Source of the DNA: an uncultured Bacilli bacterium
GTDB lineage: Bacteria; Bacillota_I; Bacilli_A; RF39; UBA660
Direction of reading: 5' to 3'
NCBI GenBank assembly: GCA_947626115.1
Contig: CANQQX010000002.1
Span: 2,871-66,870 of the forward strand
DNA length: 64,000 bases
The notes under the pieces: generated by a model
Told to the model about the DNA's origin: nothing
Database searches by the model: none
The model's input: the letters and a program-made list of their open reading frames with translations, nothing else
Position numbers and translations under genes: made by a program
In this document: in pieces, positions 26,429 through 36,183 of the stretch
Position numbering within the stretch: the stretch's first letter is position 1
Layout: every line of letters begins with the position of its first letter

Positions 26429-27260
26429 ACTGGGAGTAGAAAAATTAATGGGTTATATTAGAGGCTTTGGCTTTGGTACTAAAACAGGAATTGATTTAAA
26501 TGGAGAAGGCAATGGTATATTATTTAAAAACGAAAATATGGGACCAGTAGAACTTGCCACAACTGCCTTTGGTCAAGGTATAAGTGTGACACCAATACAA
26601 CAAATAACCGCGATATCGGCTGCGATTAATGGTGGTAATTTAAATACGCCATATGTTGTATCTGCAATAATAGATGATAGTAGTAAATCAATTATTTATG
26701 AAAATAAACCGAAAACAAAAAGAAGAGTAATAAGTAAAGAAACATCCGCTACCGTTAGATTTGTTTTAGAAAGTGTCGTTGCTAATGGTACGGGTAAAAA
26801 TGCTTATATTGAAAATTATCGTGTTGGCGGTAAAACCGGAACAGCGCAAAAGGTTTCTAATGGTAAATATATGGTTGGTAATTATATTCTATCTTTTATT
26901 GGCTTTTTACCAGCCGATGATCCGGAAGTTATTGTTTATGTAGCAGTGAATAATCCGAAAGGAGTGACGCAATACGGCGGAACAGTTTCAGCACCAATTG
27001 CCCGAAATATAATGCTTTCTGCTATTGAAACTTTAGGTATTAAAGAAAAAGAAGGCGGCATGTTAAAAGAATATAGTTATTTAGATGTTAAATATTTACA
27101 AGTACCAGATGTAGTCGGAATGAGTAAGGAAGAAGCTACTAAAGCTTTAAAAGATTTTAAAGTAAAATATACTGGTGATGGTAATAAAGTAGCCTATATG
27201 TCTCCATTTGCTAATACCTTTCAAAGTGTGGAAACAACTATTACATTGTTATTAAACTAA
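26391..27260 (+). pseudogene. 3' portion (SxN box to C-terminal PASTA) of a class B penicillin-binding protein gene, separated from its 5' half by the ICE
   Basis: The frame upstream of ATG 26448 reads IQSNPGFVSLGNKLGVEKLMGYIRGFGFGTKTGIDLNGE and is closed by TAG 26388-26390. Contains GGKTGTA (KTG box) and a PASTA-like end (VPDVVGMSKEEATKALKD). No SxxK-bearing N-terminal half is present. Confidence 0.8.
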
Positions 27261-27344
27261 TGTAAATATTTGTCAAAAAGGTATTTCTATATCTAATTAA
27301 TAGCAATTTGTAGTGTATAATAATAAAAGAAGAGGTGAATACTT

Positions 27345-28337
27345 ATGTTAATACTAGCAAAGGCAGCGATGGCCATGATGTTAGGTTTTACTTTAGCAAT
27401 TGCATCAGGTTTAGTATTTATTCCCATGCTTAAGAAATTTCATATTGGTCAAATGGTTAGTAGAGAAATTAATAAAAGACATTTAGTTAAGGAAGGAACA
27501 CCAACAATGGGTGGGATTATCTTTATTTTTCCAGTTATTCTTTCTTTAATTTTATTATATATCAATGGTAGTATTGAAATAAGTTATAATATAATTATTT
27601 TAGTTTTTACCTTTTTAGCTTATGCTCTTTTAGGTGGCGTTGATGATTATTTAAAAGTAAAATTTAAAAATAATGCCGGGCTTTCTATTGTCACTAAATT
27701 TTTAATTCAAATGATTATTGCTTTAGTGTTTTTCTATTTATTTATGCGCAGTGGTGGCTCTAATGTATTACAATTTACCGCTTTAAATTTAGTAATACCA
27801 TTAGGGTGGACCTTTGGTTTATTCATTTTATTTTTACTAGTTGGTACAACTAATGCGGTTAATATTACCGATGGCTTAGATGGTTTGTGTGCAGGACTAT
27901 CTGCGATTGCCTTTCTTGCTTATGGTATTATTTCTTGGAATTGTGGTTGGCTTGAAGGGTATCAAGAAATTGCTATTTTCTGCTTTTTAATCGTTGGGGC
28001 TTTACTTGGTTTCTTAGTTTATAATTCGCATCCTGCTCACGTATTTATGGGAGACTTAGGATCTCTTTCATTAGGTGGTGCACTTGCTACAATTGCTATT
28101 TTAACTAGACATGAATTATCGCTTGCTATTATTGGTGGCGTCTTTGTTATTGAAACATTAAGTAGTTTAATTCAAATAATAGGCATTCGAAAATTTAATA
28201 AAAAGATATTTTTAAAAGCACCATTGCATCATCATTTTGAAGAATTAAAATGGAGTGAAAGTGATATAGTTAAATTATTTTATGTGGTCGGTTTAATTTT
28301 AGCCATGGCTGCAATTACTTATGGTGTTTGGTTATAG
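27345..28337 (+). CDS. mraY: Phospho-N-acetylmuramoyl-pentapeptide transferase
   Basis: GTPTMGGIIF, NAVNITDGLDGL, VFMGDLGSLSLGG and PLHHHFE motifs. 330 aa. Confidence 0.95.
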   Translation: MLILAKAAMAMMLGFTLAIASGLVFIPMLKKFHIGQMVSREINKRHLVKEGTPTMGGIIFIFPVILSLILLYINGSIEISYNIIILVFTFLAYALLGGVDDYLKVKFKNNAGLSIVTKFLIQMIIALVFFYLFMRSGGSNVLQFTALNLVIPLGWTFGLFILFLLVGTTNAVNITDGLDGLCAGLSAIAFLAYGIISWNCGWLEGYQEIAIFCFLIVGALLGFLVYNSHPAHVFMGDLGSLSLGGALATIAILTRHELSLAIIGGVFVIETLSSLIQIIGIRKFNKKIFLKAPLHHHFEELKWSESDIVKLFYVVGLILAMAAITYGVWL

Positions 28338-28365
28338 ATAAAAAATTTTAAGGGGGTTAAAATTT

Positions 28366-29451
28366 TTGAAAAAGAACTTTGATAGACAATTATTAATAAC
28401 AGTAATAATAATTGCCATCTTTGGTTTAGTAATGATTTATTCCGCTAGTTTTGTGTGGGCAGAATATAAATTTAATGATCCTTATAAATTTGTGAAAATG
28501 CAAGGATTATTTTTCTTAGTTGGTTTAATTTTAATGTATTTTTTATCGAAAGTAGATTATCATCTCTATTATAAAAAAGCTAACTTAATATTAATGATAT
28601 GTGCTATTCTTTTGATTTTAGTTTTAATTCCCGGTATTGGTAGTATTAGAAATGGTAGTCGTAGTTGGTTTGGTATAGGTTCTTTAGGTATTCAACCATC
28701 AGAATTTGCTAAAATTGGTTTAATTATTTATGTTTCTAAATATTTAACTAATAATAAAAGAATAATGAAAAGTATAAAAAGCGGTGTTTTACCTATTTTA
28801 GGAGTTATCGGTTTATTCTTTCTTTTAATTATGTTAGAACCTGATTTTGGTACCGCAATGGTTATTGTCTTAACTTTAGTAGTGTTGATATTTATAAGTG
28901 GAGTTGAAATATCATTCTTTGTCAAAGTTGGCCTTTTTGGTTTACTTGGTATAGTTGGCATTATCATTGCAGCCCCTTACCGGATGAAGAGAATAGTAAG
29001 TTTCTTAAATCCGTGGAGCGATCCTTTAAGTTCAGGTTATCAAATACTCCAAAGTTTATATGCCATTGGTCCTGGTGGACTTCTCGGTCAAGGATTTTTA
29101 AAATCACGCCAAAAATATTTTTATTTACCTGAACCCCAAACCGATTTTATTTTTTCCATTATTAGTGAAGAATTAGGTTTCTTAGGTATCTTAATAGTTA
29201 GTATTTTATTTTTTATTATCTTTTATCGTGGCATTACTATATCACTAAAAGCGAGTGATTTATTTGGTAAATACTTAGCTTTTGGTCTTGTCTTTGGTTT
29301 AATTATTCAAGCTTTATTAAACTTAGCAGTAGTAGTAGGTTTAATTCCGGTAACTGGTGTAACTTTACCTTTTCTTAGTTATGGTGGATCTTCATTACTT
29401 GTTAGTATGGCTAGTATTGGTATACTTTTAAATATTTCCCGCAATTCTTGA
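28366..29451 (+). CDS. ftsW: FtsW/RodA/SpoVE family peptidoglycan polymerase
   Basis: Ten-TM SEDS pattern with PSEFAKI, EPDFGTA, TDFIFSIISEELGF and LPFLSYGGSS. TTG start after SD AAGGGGG. Confidence 0.9.
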   Translation: MKKNFDRQLLITVIIIAIFGLVMIYSASFVWAEYKFNDPYKFVKMQGLFFLVGLILMYFLSKVDYHLYYKKANLILMICAILLILVLIPGIGSIRNGSRSWFGIGSLGIQPSEFAKIGLIIYVSKYLTNNKRIMKSIKSGVLPILGVIGLFFLLIMLEPDFGTAMVIVLTLVVLIFISGVEISFFVKVGLFGLLGIVGIIIAAPYRMKRIVSFLNPWSDPLSSGYQILQSLYAIGPGGLLGQGFLKSRQKYFYLPEPQTDFIFSIISEELGFLGILIVSILFFIIFYRGITISLKASDLFGKYLAFGLVFGLIIQALLNLAVVVGLIPVTGVTLPFLSYGGSSLLVSMASIGILLNISRNS

Positions 29452-29492
29452 ATAAGTAATTCTTTAAACAGCCAAAATATAATAACACAATG

Positions 29493-29525
29493 TAATTGTA
29501 ATGTAAAACAATATATTTACAATTA
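29493..29525. promoter_or_regulatory. Perfect 9-bp inverted repeat upstream of the antitoxin gene (candidate operator)
   Basis: TAATTGTAA (29493-29501) and TTACAATTA (29517-29525), about 45 nt upstream of the relB/dinJ-like start. Confidence 0.4.
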
Positions 29526-29567
29526 ATAAAAACAATTATATAATTATATTAGAAATGAGGTATAATT

Positions 29568-29864
29568 ATGGAGTCATTGAATTTAAATGTTCGAGTTGAT
29601 GCTCATGATAAAAAAAGTTTTGAGCAATTTTGTAATAGCGTAGGAATGAATGTGTCTACTGCTATTAATATGTTTATAAAAGCAGTCCTTCGTGAGAGAA
29701 AACTACCTTTTGAAATAAGAGATGATTATAATGATTATATCTATGATAAATTAAATGAAGCAGAAGAACAAATGAAAACAACTACTAAAAGATATTCTAA
29801 GGATGAGCTTTTAGAAAAAATGAATAATATTATCAATGAATTTGAAAGTAATAATCTTGAATAA
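29568..29864 (+). CDS. RelB/DinJ family antitoxin
   Basis: LNVRVDAHDKKSFEQFCNSVGMNVSTAINMFIKAVLRERKLPFEI matches the DinJ/RelB RHH pattern. Confidence 0.8.
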   Translation: MESLNLNVRVDAHDKKSFEQFCNSVGMNVSTAINMFIKAVLRERKLPFEIRDDYNDYIYDKLNEAEEQMKTTTKRYSKDELLEKMNNIINEFESNNLE

Positions 29865-29869
29865 AATTT

Positions 29870-30186
29870 ATGTATAAGTTAGAAATATTCATTTTGCTGA
29901 TAGATTTATTACCAATATTATTCATTATATTTCATTTGATTTAAAAAATATTACTGCTGCAAAGCAACATAGAGATTTATTTATGCAAAGTTTTGATTAT
30001 ATTTTAGAATTTCCTTATGGATGTCCTTCTTATAAAATAAAAAATAGAATGAACTTTGAATATAGAGTTTACAAAGTAAAGAATTATCTTATGTTTTATA
30101 CCATAAATAGAAAAGAACAAAAAATTATTATTAGTAGGGTTTTATATCAAAGAATGAATTTTAATGATATTTTAAATATAAAATGA
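29870..30186 (+). pseudogene. ParE/RelE family toxin gene with a 5' frameshift
   Basis: ATG 29870 gives MYKLEIF... then a stop after 24 codons. The other frame reads IHFADRFITNIIHYISFDLKNITAAKQHRDLF...YRVYKVKNYLMFYTINRKEQKIIISRVLYQRMN, which is toxin-like. One indel near 29887-29892 separates the two frames. Confidence 0.7.
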
Positions 30187-30243
30187 AATTTCTTGCCAAA
30201 ATAATAAATAAAATATATAATACTTGCTATTAAAGGGATTTTT

Positions 30244-31230
30244 ATGGAAAGATTAGATGTCTTATATGCCATTAATAATAAATATATTGATATTATGTTA
30301 GCGTCAATATTATCTTTATTAGAAAATGGTAATGTAAATAATTTAAGAATACATATTATAACAAGTGATTTTACTAAAGATGATTATGATAAGATTAATT
30401 TATTTTTAGAAAGTTTTAATATAGAATATTATTTTTATGATATAAAGAAATTCGCTATTGAAAAATATCATATTCCTAATTGGAAAGAATCACAAATACC
30501 TAATGCTAGATTATTTTTTCAAAGTATTTTAGGTAGTAGACTAGCTAATATTACTAATTTATTATATTTAGATGCCGATACTTTAGTAGTAAATTCTTTA
30601 GTTGGTTTAAATAATTATAGTTCAAATACTATAAATGCAGTACGAGAGTTAGAAATAAATAAACATTGTGAAAGATTAAAGCTATTAAATAATTATTATA
30701 ATTCAGGCGTTTTATATATAAATACTTCTAATTGGTGTAATTATGGTTATGAAGAAAAATTAATTAAATTTATTCAAGAAAATAAAATACCTTTAATTTT
30801 TCCTGATCAAGATATTCTTAATTTTGGCTTAAAAAATAGTATAGCAACTTTACCAAATAATTATAATTTAGTAGCAATTAATAATATGTTTAAATCTTTA
30901 GGAGATTACTTATATTATGGTAATCCCATGATAGTAGGATCTACTAAAGAAATAAAAGAAGTGAAAAAGAATCCTGTTATAATTCATGGTACAGGAATAT
31001 TTGATATTAGTCCTTTTTCTTATAATAAATTAAATCCATATAATGATATATTTAGAGAATATTTAGATAGGATAAATAGTAATTTTACTTATAAAGAGCT
31101 AGAAAGTATCCAAAAGTTTTTAGCAAATAACCCTAATTTATTTAAAATGTTATATATTATGCAAAGTTATCTTCCTTATTGGACACAAGAGAAAGTAAGA
31201 AAATTAGCTGTCAAGGTAACTAAAAGATAA
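30244..31230 (+). CDS. Glycosyltransferase family 8
   Basis: LYLDADTLV (DxD), NSGVLYIN and FPDQDILN motifs. Confidence 0.8.
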   Translation: MERLDVLYAINNKYIDIMLASILSLLENGNVNNLRIHIITSDFTKDDYDKINLFLESFNIEYYFYDIKKFAIEKYHIPNWKESQIPNARLFFQSILGSRLANITNLLYLDADTLVVNSLVGLNNYSSNTINAVRELEINKHCERLKLLNNYYNSGVLYINTSNWCNYGYEEKLIKFIQENKIPLIFPDQDILNFGLKNSIATLPNNYNLVAINNMFKSLGDYLYYGNPMIVGSTKEIKEVKKNPVIIHGTGIFDISPFSYNKLNPYNDIFREYLDRINSNFTYKELESIQKFLANNPNLFKMLYIMQSYLPYWTQEKVRKLAVKVTKR

Positions 31231-31282
31231 TTGTCAAATTATTAAGTTTATGATAAGATGATTATAAGGAGAGTGAATATAT

Positions 31283-31831
31283 ATGTGGTGGATTATTCTA
31301 ATTGTTATTGTAGTTTTATTAATTATCTATGTTATAGGTGTTTATAATAGTTTAGTAAGACTTAGAAACAATGTTGAAGATCAATATAGTCAAATTGATG
31401 TTGAACTTAAAAGAAGATTTGATTTAGTACCAAATTTAATTGAAACAGTTAAAGGTTATACAAAACATGAAAGTAGTACTTTTAAAGAAGTAGTGGAAGC
31501 TCGTAATACTTATGCTAATGCAAATGGTATGGGTGAACAATTAAAAGCTGATGGAGAACTATCTAATGCCATTAATAAATTATTTGCCCTAGCAGAAAGT
31601 TATCCTGAGTTAAAAGCTAATGAGAATTTTATACAACTACAAAATGAATTAGCTGATATTGAACAAAAAATAGTTTATGCGCGTGGTTTTTATAATGATT
31701 CAGTATTAAAACTAAATAATAAAATTGAAATGTTTCCTTCCAATATCATAGCTTCGATGTTTGGCTTTAAAAAACGCGAATATTTTGAAGCAAATGGTAA
31801 TGAGAGAGAAAACGTTAAAGTTAAATTCTAA
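31283..31831 (+). CDS. lemA: LemA family protein
   Basis: N-terminal TM helix plus YNSLVRLRNNVEDQYSQIDVELKRRFDLVPNL. Confidence 0.9.
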   Translation: MWWIILIVIVVLLIIYVIGVYNSLVRLRNNVEDQYSQIDVELKRRFDLVPNLIETVKGYTKHESSTFKEVVEARNTYANANGMGEQLKADGELSNAINKLFALAESYPELKANENFIQLQNELADIEQKIVYARGFYNDSVLKLNNKIEMFPSNIIASMFGFKKREYFEANGNERENVKVKF

Positions 31832-31853
31832 GGCATTAAAAAATGCCTTTTTA
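31831..31853 (+). terminator. Hairpin + T-run between lemA and the DUF2207 gene (possible partial terminator)
   Basis: AGGCATT (31831-31837) pairs with AATGCCT (31842-31848), followed by TTTT. Confidence 0.45.
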
Positions 31854-31866
31854 AGTAGGTGAGTTA

Positions 31867-33525
31867 ATGAAATTTAAACATTTTATTTGGTTTATTGGGC
31901 TATTTTTATGTTGCAAAGTAGTATATGCTAATGATATTAAAAGTATCAATATGGATATATTTATCGATAATTATGGTAATGCAAATATTACGGAAGTTTG
32001 GCAAGCTGATTTAGATGAAGGTACTGAAGGCTATAAACCATATTATAATTTAGGTAATTCTACTATTGAAGATTATCGAGTATCTCTTGGGAGTAGACAA
32101 TTTCAAACATTAAGTTACTGGGATATTAATGCTTCTTTTAGTGAAAAAAGTTATAAAGCCGGTATTAATGAAGTTGATGATGGCTATGAGTTATGTTTTG
32201 GCATATCAAAATATGGCAATAATACTTATACGTTAAATTATACTATTACTAATTTTGTTTCTAGAGTAGAAGATGCAGATATGGTTTATTGGCAACTTAT
32301 TCCTTATGAACTTTCAGATAAACCAGAACATGTCTATATTAAAATTCATAGTGATTTTGCTTATAGTAATGATTTACCTGTCTGGGGTTATGGCTATGGT
32401 GATGATTATAATGAAGGTTATGCTTATGTTACTGATGGCATAATTGAAATGACTAAAGAAGGTTCTTTAGATAGTGATGAATATATGACTGTCTTAATTA
32501 AGTTTCCTAAAAATACTTTTGAACTTAGTAATACTTTAGATAATGATTTTGATTATTATTTAGATATGGCTGAAGATGATTCTTATAATTATCATGATAC
32601 AACGAGCTTTAGAGAAGTAATTTCTATTATTTTGGCCTTTATTGCTAATTTTTTACCTTTTATAATTGTTATTATTGTTAGTGTTTTTGTGGCTAAAAAT
32701 AGTAATGGCTATGGGACGAAAAATGTTAAAATAAGTAAAGATATTAGAAATGTAAAAGATGCCCCATATTTTAGAGATATTCCTTTAAATAAAAATATTT
32801 TTAAAGCCTATTGGGTAGCGTGTCAATTTCGCTTAGTTCAAAATAAAACTGATTTTCTTGGAGCTATTCTTTTAAAATGGTTAAAGAATGGTAATATTGA
32901 AAATATTAAAGATGAAAAAAATAATAAAAAATTAAAATTAATTTCTAGTGATAATTTAACACCTTTAGAAGTTGAATTATACGAAATGATGCATACAGCA
33001 TCTGGAGATGGAATTTTAGAAAAAAATGAATTTACGAGATGGTGTAAAAATCATTATAATAAAATACTTAGGTGGTTTAATAAAGTAATTGATGATACGA
33101 CTTTAGAATTTACTAATGAAAATTTAATAAATGAAACTAATGAAGTATATTATGTTAGAGAAGAAATGAAAACATATGGTATGCAAATGGCTGGTTTAAA
33201 GAATTTTTTAAATGATTTTTCTAATATAAAGGATCGCGAAGCTATTGAAGTAAAAATATGGGATGAATATTTAATATATGCTCAAATATTTGGCATTGCG
33301 AAGAAAGTAGCTGAAGAATTCAAAAAATTATATCCTGATATTATTACGGATGATTATTATGACGATATTATCTTTATTCATATGATTTCGTATGAAGGGG
33401 TGCATGCCGCAAGTGTTGCTAAGAGTAGAGCCGAAAGTTACTCATCTGGTGGTGGGGGATTCTCATCATCTGGCGGAGGCGGTGGTTCCTTCGGCGGCGG
33501 AGGCGGCGGAGGCGGTTTCCGTTAA
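31867..33525 (+). CDS. DUF2207 membrane protein (usual LemA partner) with poly-Gly C-terminus
   Basis: Signal peptide, central TM region and a C-terminal GGGGFSSSGGGGGSFGGGGGGGGFR. Conserved adjacency to lemA. Confidence 0.75.
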   Translation: MKFKHFIWFIGLFLCCKVVYANDIKSINMDIFIDNYGNANITEVWQADLDEGTEGYKPYYNLGNSTIEDYRVSLGSRQFQTLSYWDINASFSEKSYKAGINEVDDGYELCFGISKYGNNTYTLNYTITNFVSRVEDADMVYWQLIPYELSDKPEHVYIKIHSDFAYSNDLPVWGYGYGDDYNEGYAYVTDGIIEMTKEGSLDSDEYMTVLIKFPKNTFELSNTLDNDFDYYLDMAEDDSYNYHDTTSFREVISIILAFIANFLPFIIVIIVSVFVAKNSNGYGTKNVKISKDIRNVKDAPYFRDIPLNKNIFKAYWVACQFRLVQNKTDFLGAILLKWLKNGNIENIKDEKNNKKLKLISSDNLTPLEVELYEMMHTASGDGILEKNEFTRWCKNHYNKILRWFNKVIDDTTLEFTNENLINETNEVYYVREEMKTYGMQMAGLKNFLNDFSNIKDREAIEVKIWDEYLIYAQIFGIAKKVAEEFKKLYPDIITDDYYDDIIFIHMISYEGVHAASVAKSRAESYSSGGGGFSSSGGGGGSFGGGGGGGGFR

Positions 33526-33600
33526 AAATGTCATATTTTGTATAATTTTGCAAGATAATTGTTAATTTTTGGTAAATCAGCATTAATATTTTTACAAAAC

Positions 33601-33629
33601 TTGACATAAAATGTAATATATGCTATAAT
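33601..33629 (+). promoter_or_regulatory. Consensus sigma-A promoter
   Basis: TTGACA (33601-33606), a 17-nt spacer, then TATAAT (33624-33629), 26 nt upstream of ATG 33655. Confidence 0.75.
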
Positions 33630-33654
33630 TATTTTGTTCATTCAGGGGGAATGT

Positions 33655-34290
33655 ATGAATAATTTAGTTGATTATGTCCCGCTCCTCCACAAGTTGTGGA
33701 GTGGGGTAAAAAATAATTTAAAATATTTGGCTATGCCAATAATGTACTTAGCTATTATTGTATCAGTGGTACCTAGTCCAAAGACAATAGTAAATATCAC
33801 CGATGATATAAGATTAAGTTCCTATAATACAGTAGTGCTAGATAAGAATGCTAAAATAGATTATATTTTAAATAAATATGACTTATCGCAAAGTGAATTT
33901 AATGTTCTATGTGGAATAGTTTTAAGTGAAGCAGATGATACTTATGAAGATGCATATGCTGTTATTAATACTATTTATAATAGAACACACAGTAAAAACT
34001 GGGTTAGAAGTGTTGATAATAAATTTGGGAAAGGCAAAGGAATGAACCTATATTATCAAGCTATATCACCTAACCAATTTACAGTTTATGCTAGTGGAAC
34101 TTATAAAAAACATATGAATGATATTGATAGCGCTGGTTATGATGCCATTGTTGACTTTCTCTATACGGAAAATATTATGCATAATTACCTATCATTTAGG
34201 TCACATAGTATTAAAGTAGATAATAGTGAATCATTTAGTAAAAAGGGGAATAATTACTTTAATACTATAATAGAAGAAAACAGAATTTAG
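33655..34290 (+). CDS. Membrane-anchored cell wall hydrolase (SleB/CwlJ Hydrolase_2-like)
   Basis: LCGIVLSEADDTYEDAYAVINTIYNR...ISPNQF resembles the Hydrolase_2 core. SD CAGGGGGA. Confidence 0.55.
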   Translation: MNNLVDYVPLLHKLWSGVKNNLKYLAMPIMYLAIIVSVVPSPKTIVNITDDIRLSSYNTVVLDKNAKIDYILNKYDLSQSEFNVLCGIVLSEADDTYEDAYAVINTIYNRTHSKNWVRSVDNKFGKGKGMNLYYQAISPNQFTVYASGTYKKHMNDIDSAGYDAIVDFLYTENIMHNYLSFRSHSIKVDNSESFSKKGNNYFNTIIEENRI

Positions 34291-34305
34291 TTATTCTGCT
34301 TTTTT
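34281..34305 (+). terminator. Weak intrinsic terminator
   Basis: CAGAAT (34281-34286) pairs with ATTCTG (34293-34298), followed by C and T6. Confidence 0.4.
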
Positions 34306-34357
34306 CTTGCAATAATAATTATAATAGTTTAAAATACTAATTGATTTGGAGTAAAAT

Positions 34358-36076
34358 ATGAAAAATTGGAAGTATTATAAAAAAATAATCAATTATTTTA
34401 AAGAAAAAAAATTATTAATATTAATTTATATAATAGCATCTCTTGCAATTACAGCTATAAATACTATTATTCCTGTAATTGATGCTAAAGGCTTAGAAGC
34501 AATTACTAAAGTAGATATGCCTAATATGTTAAAATTTGCTTTAATTCTTCTTTTCTGCAATATATTATATCGAATTATATCTTTTATTAACACAGTATGC
34601 AGTTCTAAGATTCAAGATAGTGTTGAAATTAAAATAAAAGAAGATGTTTCTAAAGAATTATTTAATTTAGAAATTAAAAATTTTGATAAAGAAGGTACTG
34701 CTTTTTTTGCCGAAAGAATTAATAATGAACCAAGAGTACTTGCGGGTATTTTTAATCGTTTTCGTTATAATTTAACATATTTTTTAACTTCTCTTGGTGT
34801 AGTATTTTATATATTTTATGTCAATGTTTATATTGCTATATATTTTCTGTTATTTTCTTTTATCTTTTTTATTATAAGTATTAGAAGGACTAAAAGATGG
34901 GAAGGTGAGCGTAAAAAATATAATGAAATGCATGAAAAATATTCTAGTAATTTTGGTGAACTCATAAGAGGTATTAAAGATATTAAAGTACTTAATCTCA
35001 AAAATACTTTAATTAAAAAAACTACTAAAGATCAAAAAGCTATTATTAAATATGATTATGAAACTAGATTAAAAGATGAAAAAATGTTTTTTATTACTAA
35101 TTTTTTAGATAATATTTTTGATTTATTCTTTATTGTTTTAAGTATTATTTTAATAAAAAATAATTTACTTAATGGGGCTAATCTATTAGTAATATATATG
35201 TATAAAGGTAAAGCAACTGGTTTTGTTGATTCTCTTGCTGATATATATCGTAACTTTAAAGATATTAATTTATCTGTTGAAAGATTATATGAGATAGTTG
35301 ATGGTGATAAATATTCTAAAGAAGTATATGGTAGTAGAGAAATAAAAGAATTAAATGGTAAACTAGAATTTAAAAATGTTTATTTTGGCTATGATAAAAG
35401 TAATGTTTTAAAAGGAATTAATTTTACTATAAAGCCAAATGAAACTATAGGTATTGTCGGTAAAAGTGGAGTAGGTAAAACAACAATGTTTAATTTAATT
35501 AATAAGTTATATACTCCTAATGAAGGTAGTATTTTATTTGATGATATAAATATTAATGAATTAACTGAAAATACTATTAGAGAAAATATTTCTACTATTA
35601 CCCAAGATCCTTATATTTTTAATATGAGTATAAAAGATAATTTAAAAATAGTTAATCCGAATATTACTGATGAAGAAATTGAAGAAAAATGTCATTTATG
35701 TATGCTTGATAAATATATTAATAGTTTAGATAAAAAATATGATACTTTAGTTGGAGAAAATGGGGTTATTTTATCAGGTGGTTTAAAACAAAGATTAGCA
35801 ATTGCTAGAGCATTAGTTAAAAATAGTAAAATTATTATGCTTGATGAAGCCACTAGTAGTCTAGATAATGAAACACAAGATTATATTCATGATTCTATTA
35901 AAAAGATAAGAAAAGATTATACAATTTTAATAATTGCTCATCGTTTATCTACTGTTATTGATTGTGATAAAATATTAGTAATTGATGATGGTAAAGTAGT
36001 AGGATTTGATACCCATGAAAATTTAATAAAAAATAATAAGTATTATCAAAAATTATATCGAAAAGAGTTATTATAA
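34358..36076 (+). CDS. ABC exporter, fused permease/ATPase (MsbA-like)
   Basis: Six-TM N-terminal half, Walker A GKSGVGKTT, signature LSGGLKQR and Walker B IIMLDEATS. Confidence 0.9.
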   Translation: MKNWKYYKKIINYFKEKKLLILIYIIASLAITAINTIIPVIDAKGLEAITKVDMPNMLKFALILLFCNILYRIISFINTVCSSKIQDSVEIKIKEDVSKELFNLEIKNFDKEGTAFFAERINNEPRVLAGIFNRFRYNLTYFLTSLGVVFYIFYVNVYIAIYFLLFSFIFFIISIRRTKRWEGERKKYNEMHEKYSSNFGELIRGIKDIKVLNLKNTLIKKTTKDQKAIIKYDYETRLKDEKMFFITNFLDNIFDLFFIVLSIILIKNNLLNGANLLVIYMYKGKATGFVDSLADIYRNFKDINLSVERLYEIVDGDKYSKEVYGSREIKELNGKLEFKNVYFGYDKSNVLKGINFTIKPNETIGIVGKSGVGKTTMFNLINKLYTPNEGSILFDDININELTENTIRENISTITQDPYIFNMSIKDNLKIVNPNITDEEIEEKCHLCMLDKYINSLDKKYDTLVGENGVILSGGLKQRLAIARALVKNSKIIMLDEATSSLDNETQDYIHDSIKKIRKDYTILIIAHRLSTVIDCDKILVIDDGKVVGFDTHENLIKNNKYYQKLYRKELL

Positions 36077-36183
36077 TGGTTAGTATAGAAATGAAGTATT
36101 TATGAAAAATAATATTGTTAAAGGTAACTTACTTTATTATATTGATAATACTATAAATTGCAAATAAATAGTATATGCTAAAA

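Noticed and set aside
29983-30186. Intact 67-aa toxin ORF as listed in the track
   Set aside because: The N-terminal two-thirds of the ParE/RelE-like sequence continues upstream in the same frame with no start codon. The natural ATG (29870) is in another frame, so this is a frameshifted gene.
33420-33525. Local GC-rich spike, considered as foreign insertion or structured RNA
   Set aside because: It encodes the poly-Gly C-terminal tail (GGGGFSSSGGGGGSFGGGGGGGGFR) typical of DUF2207 proteins, in frame.
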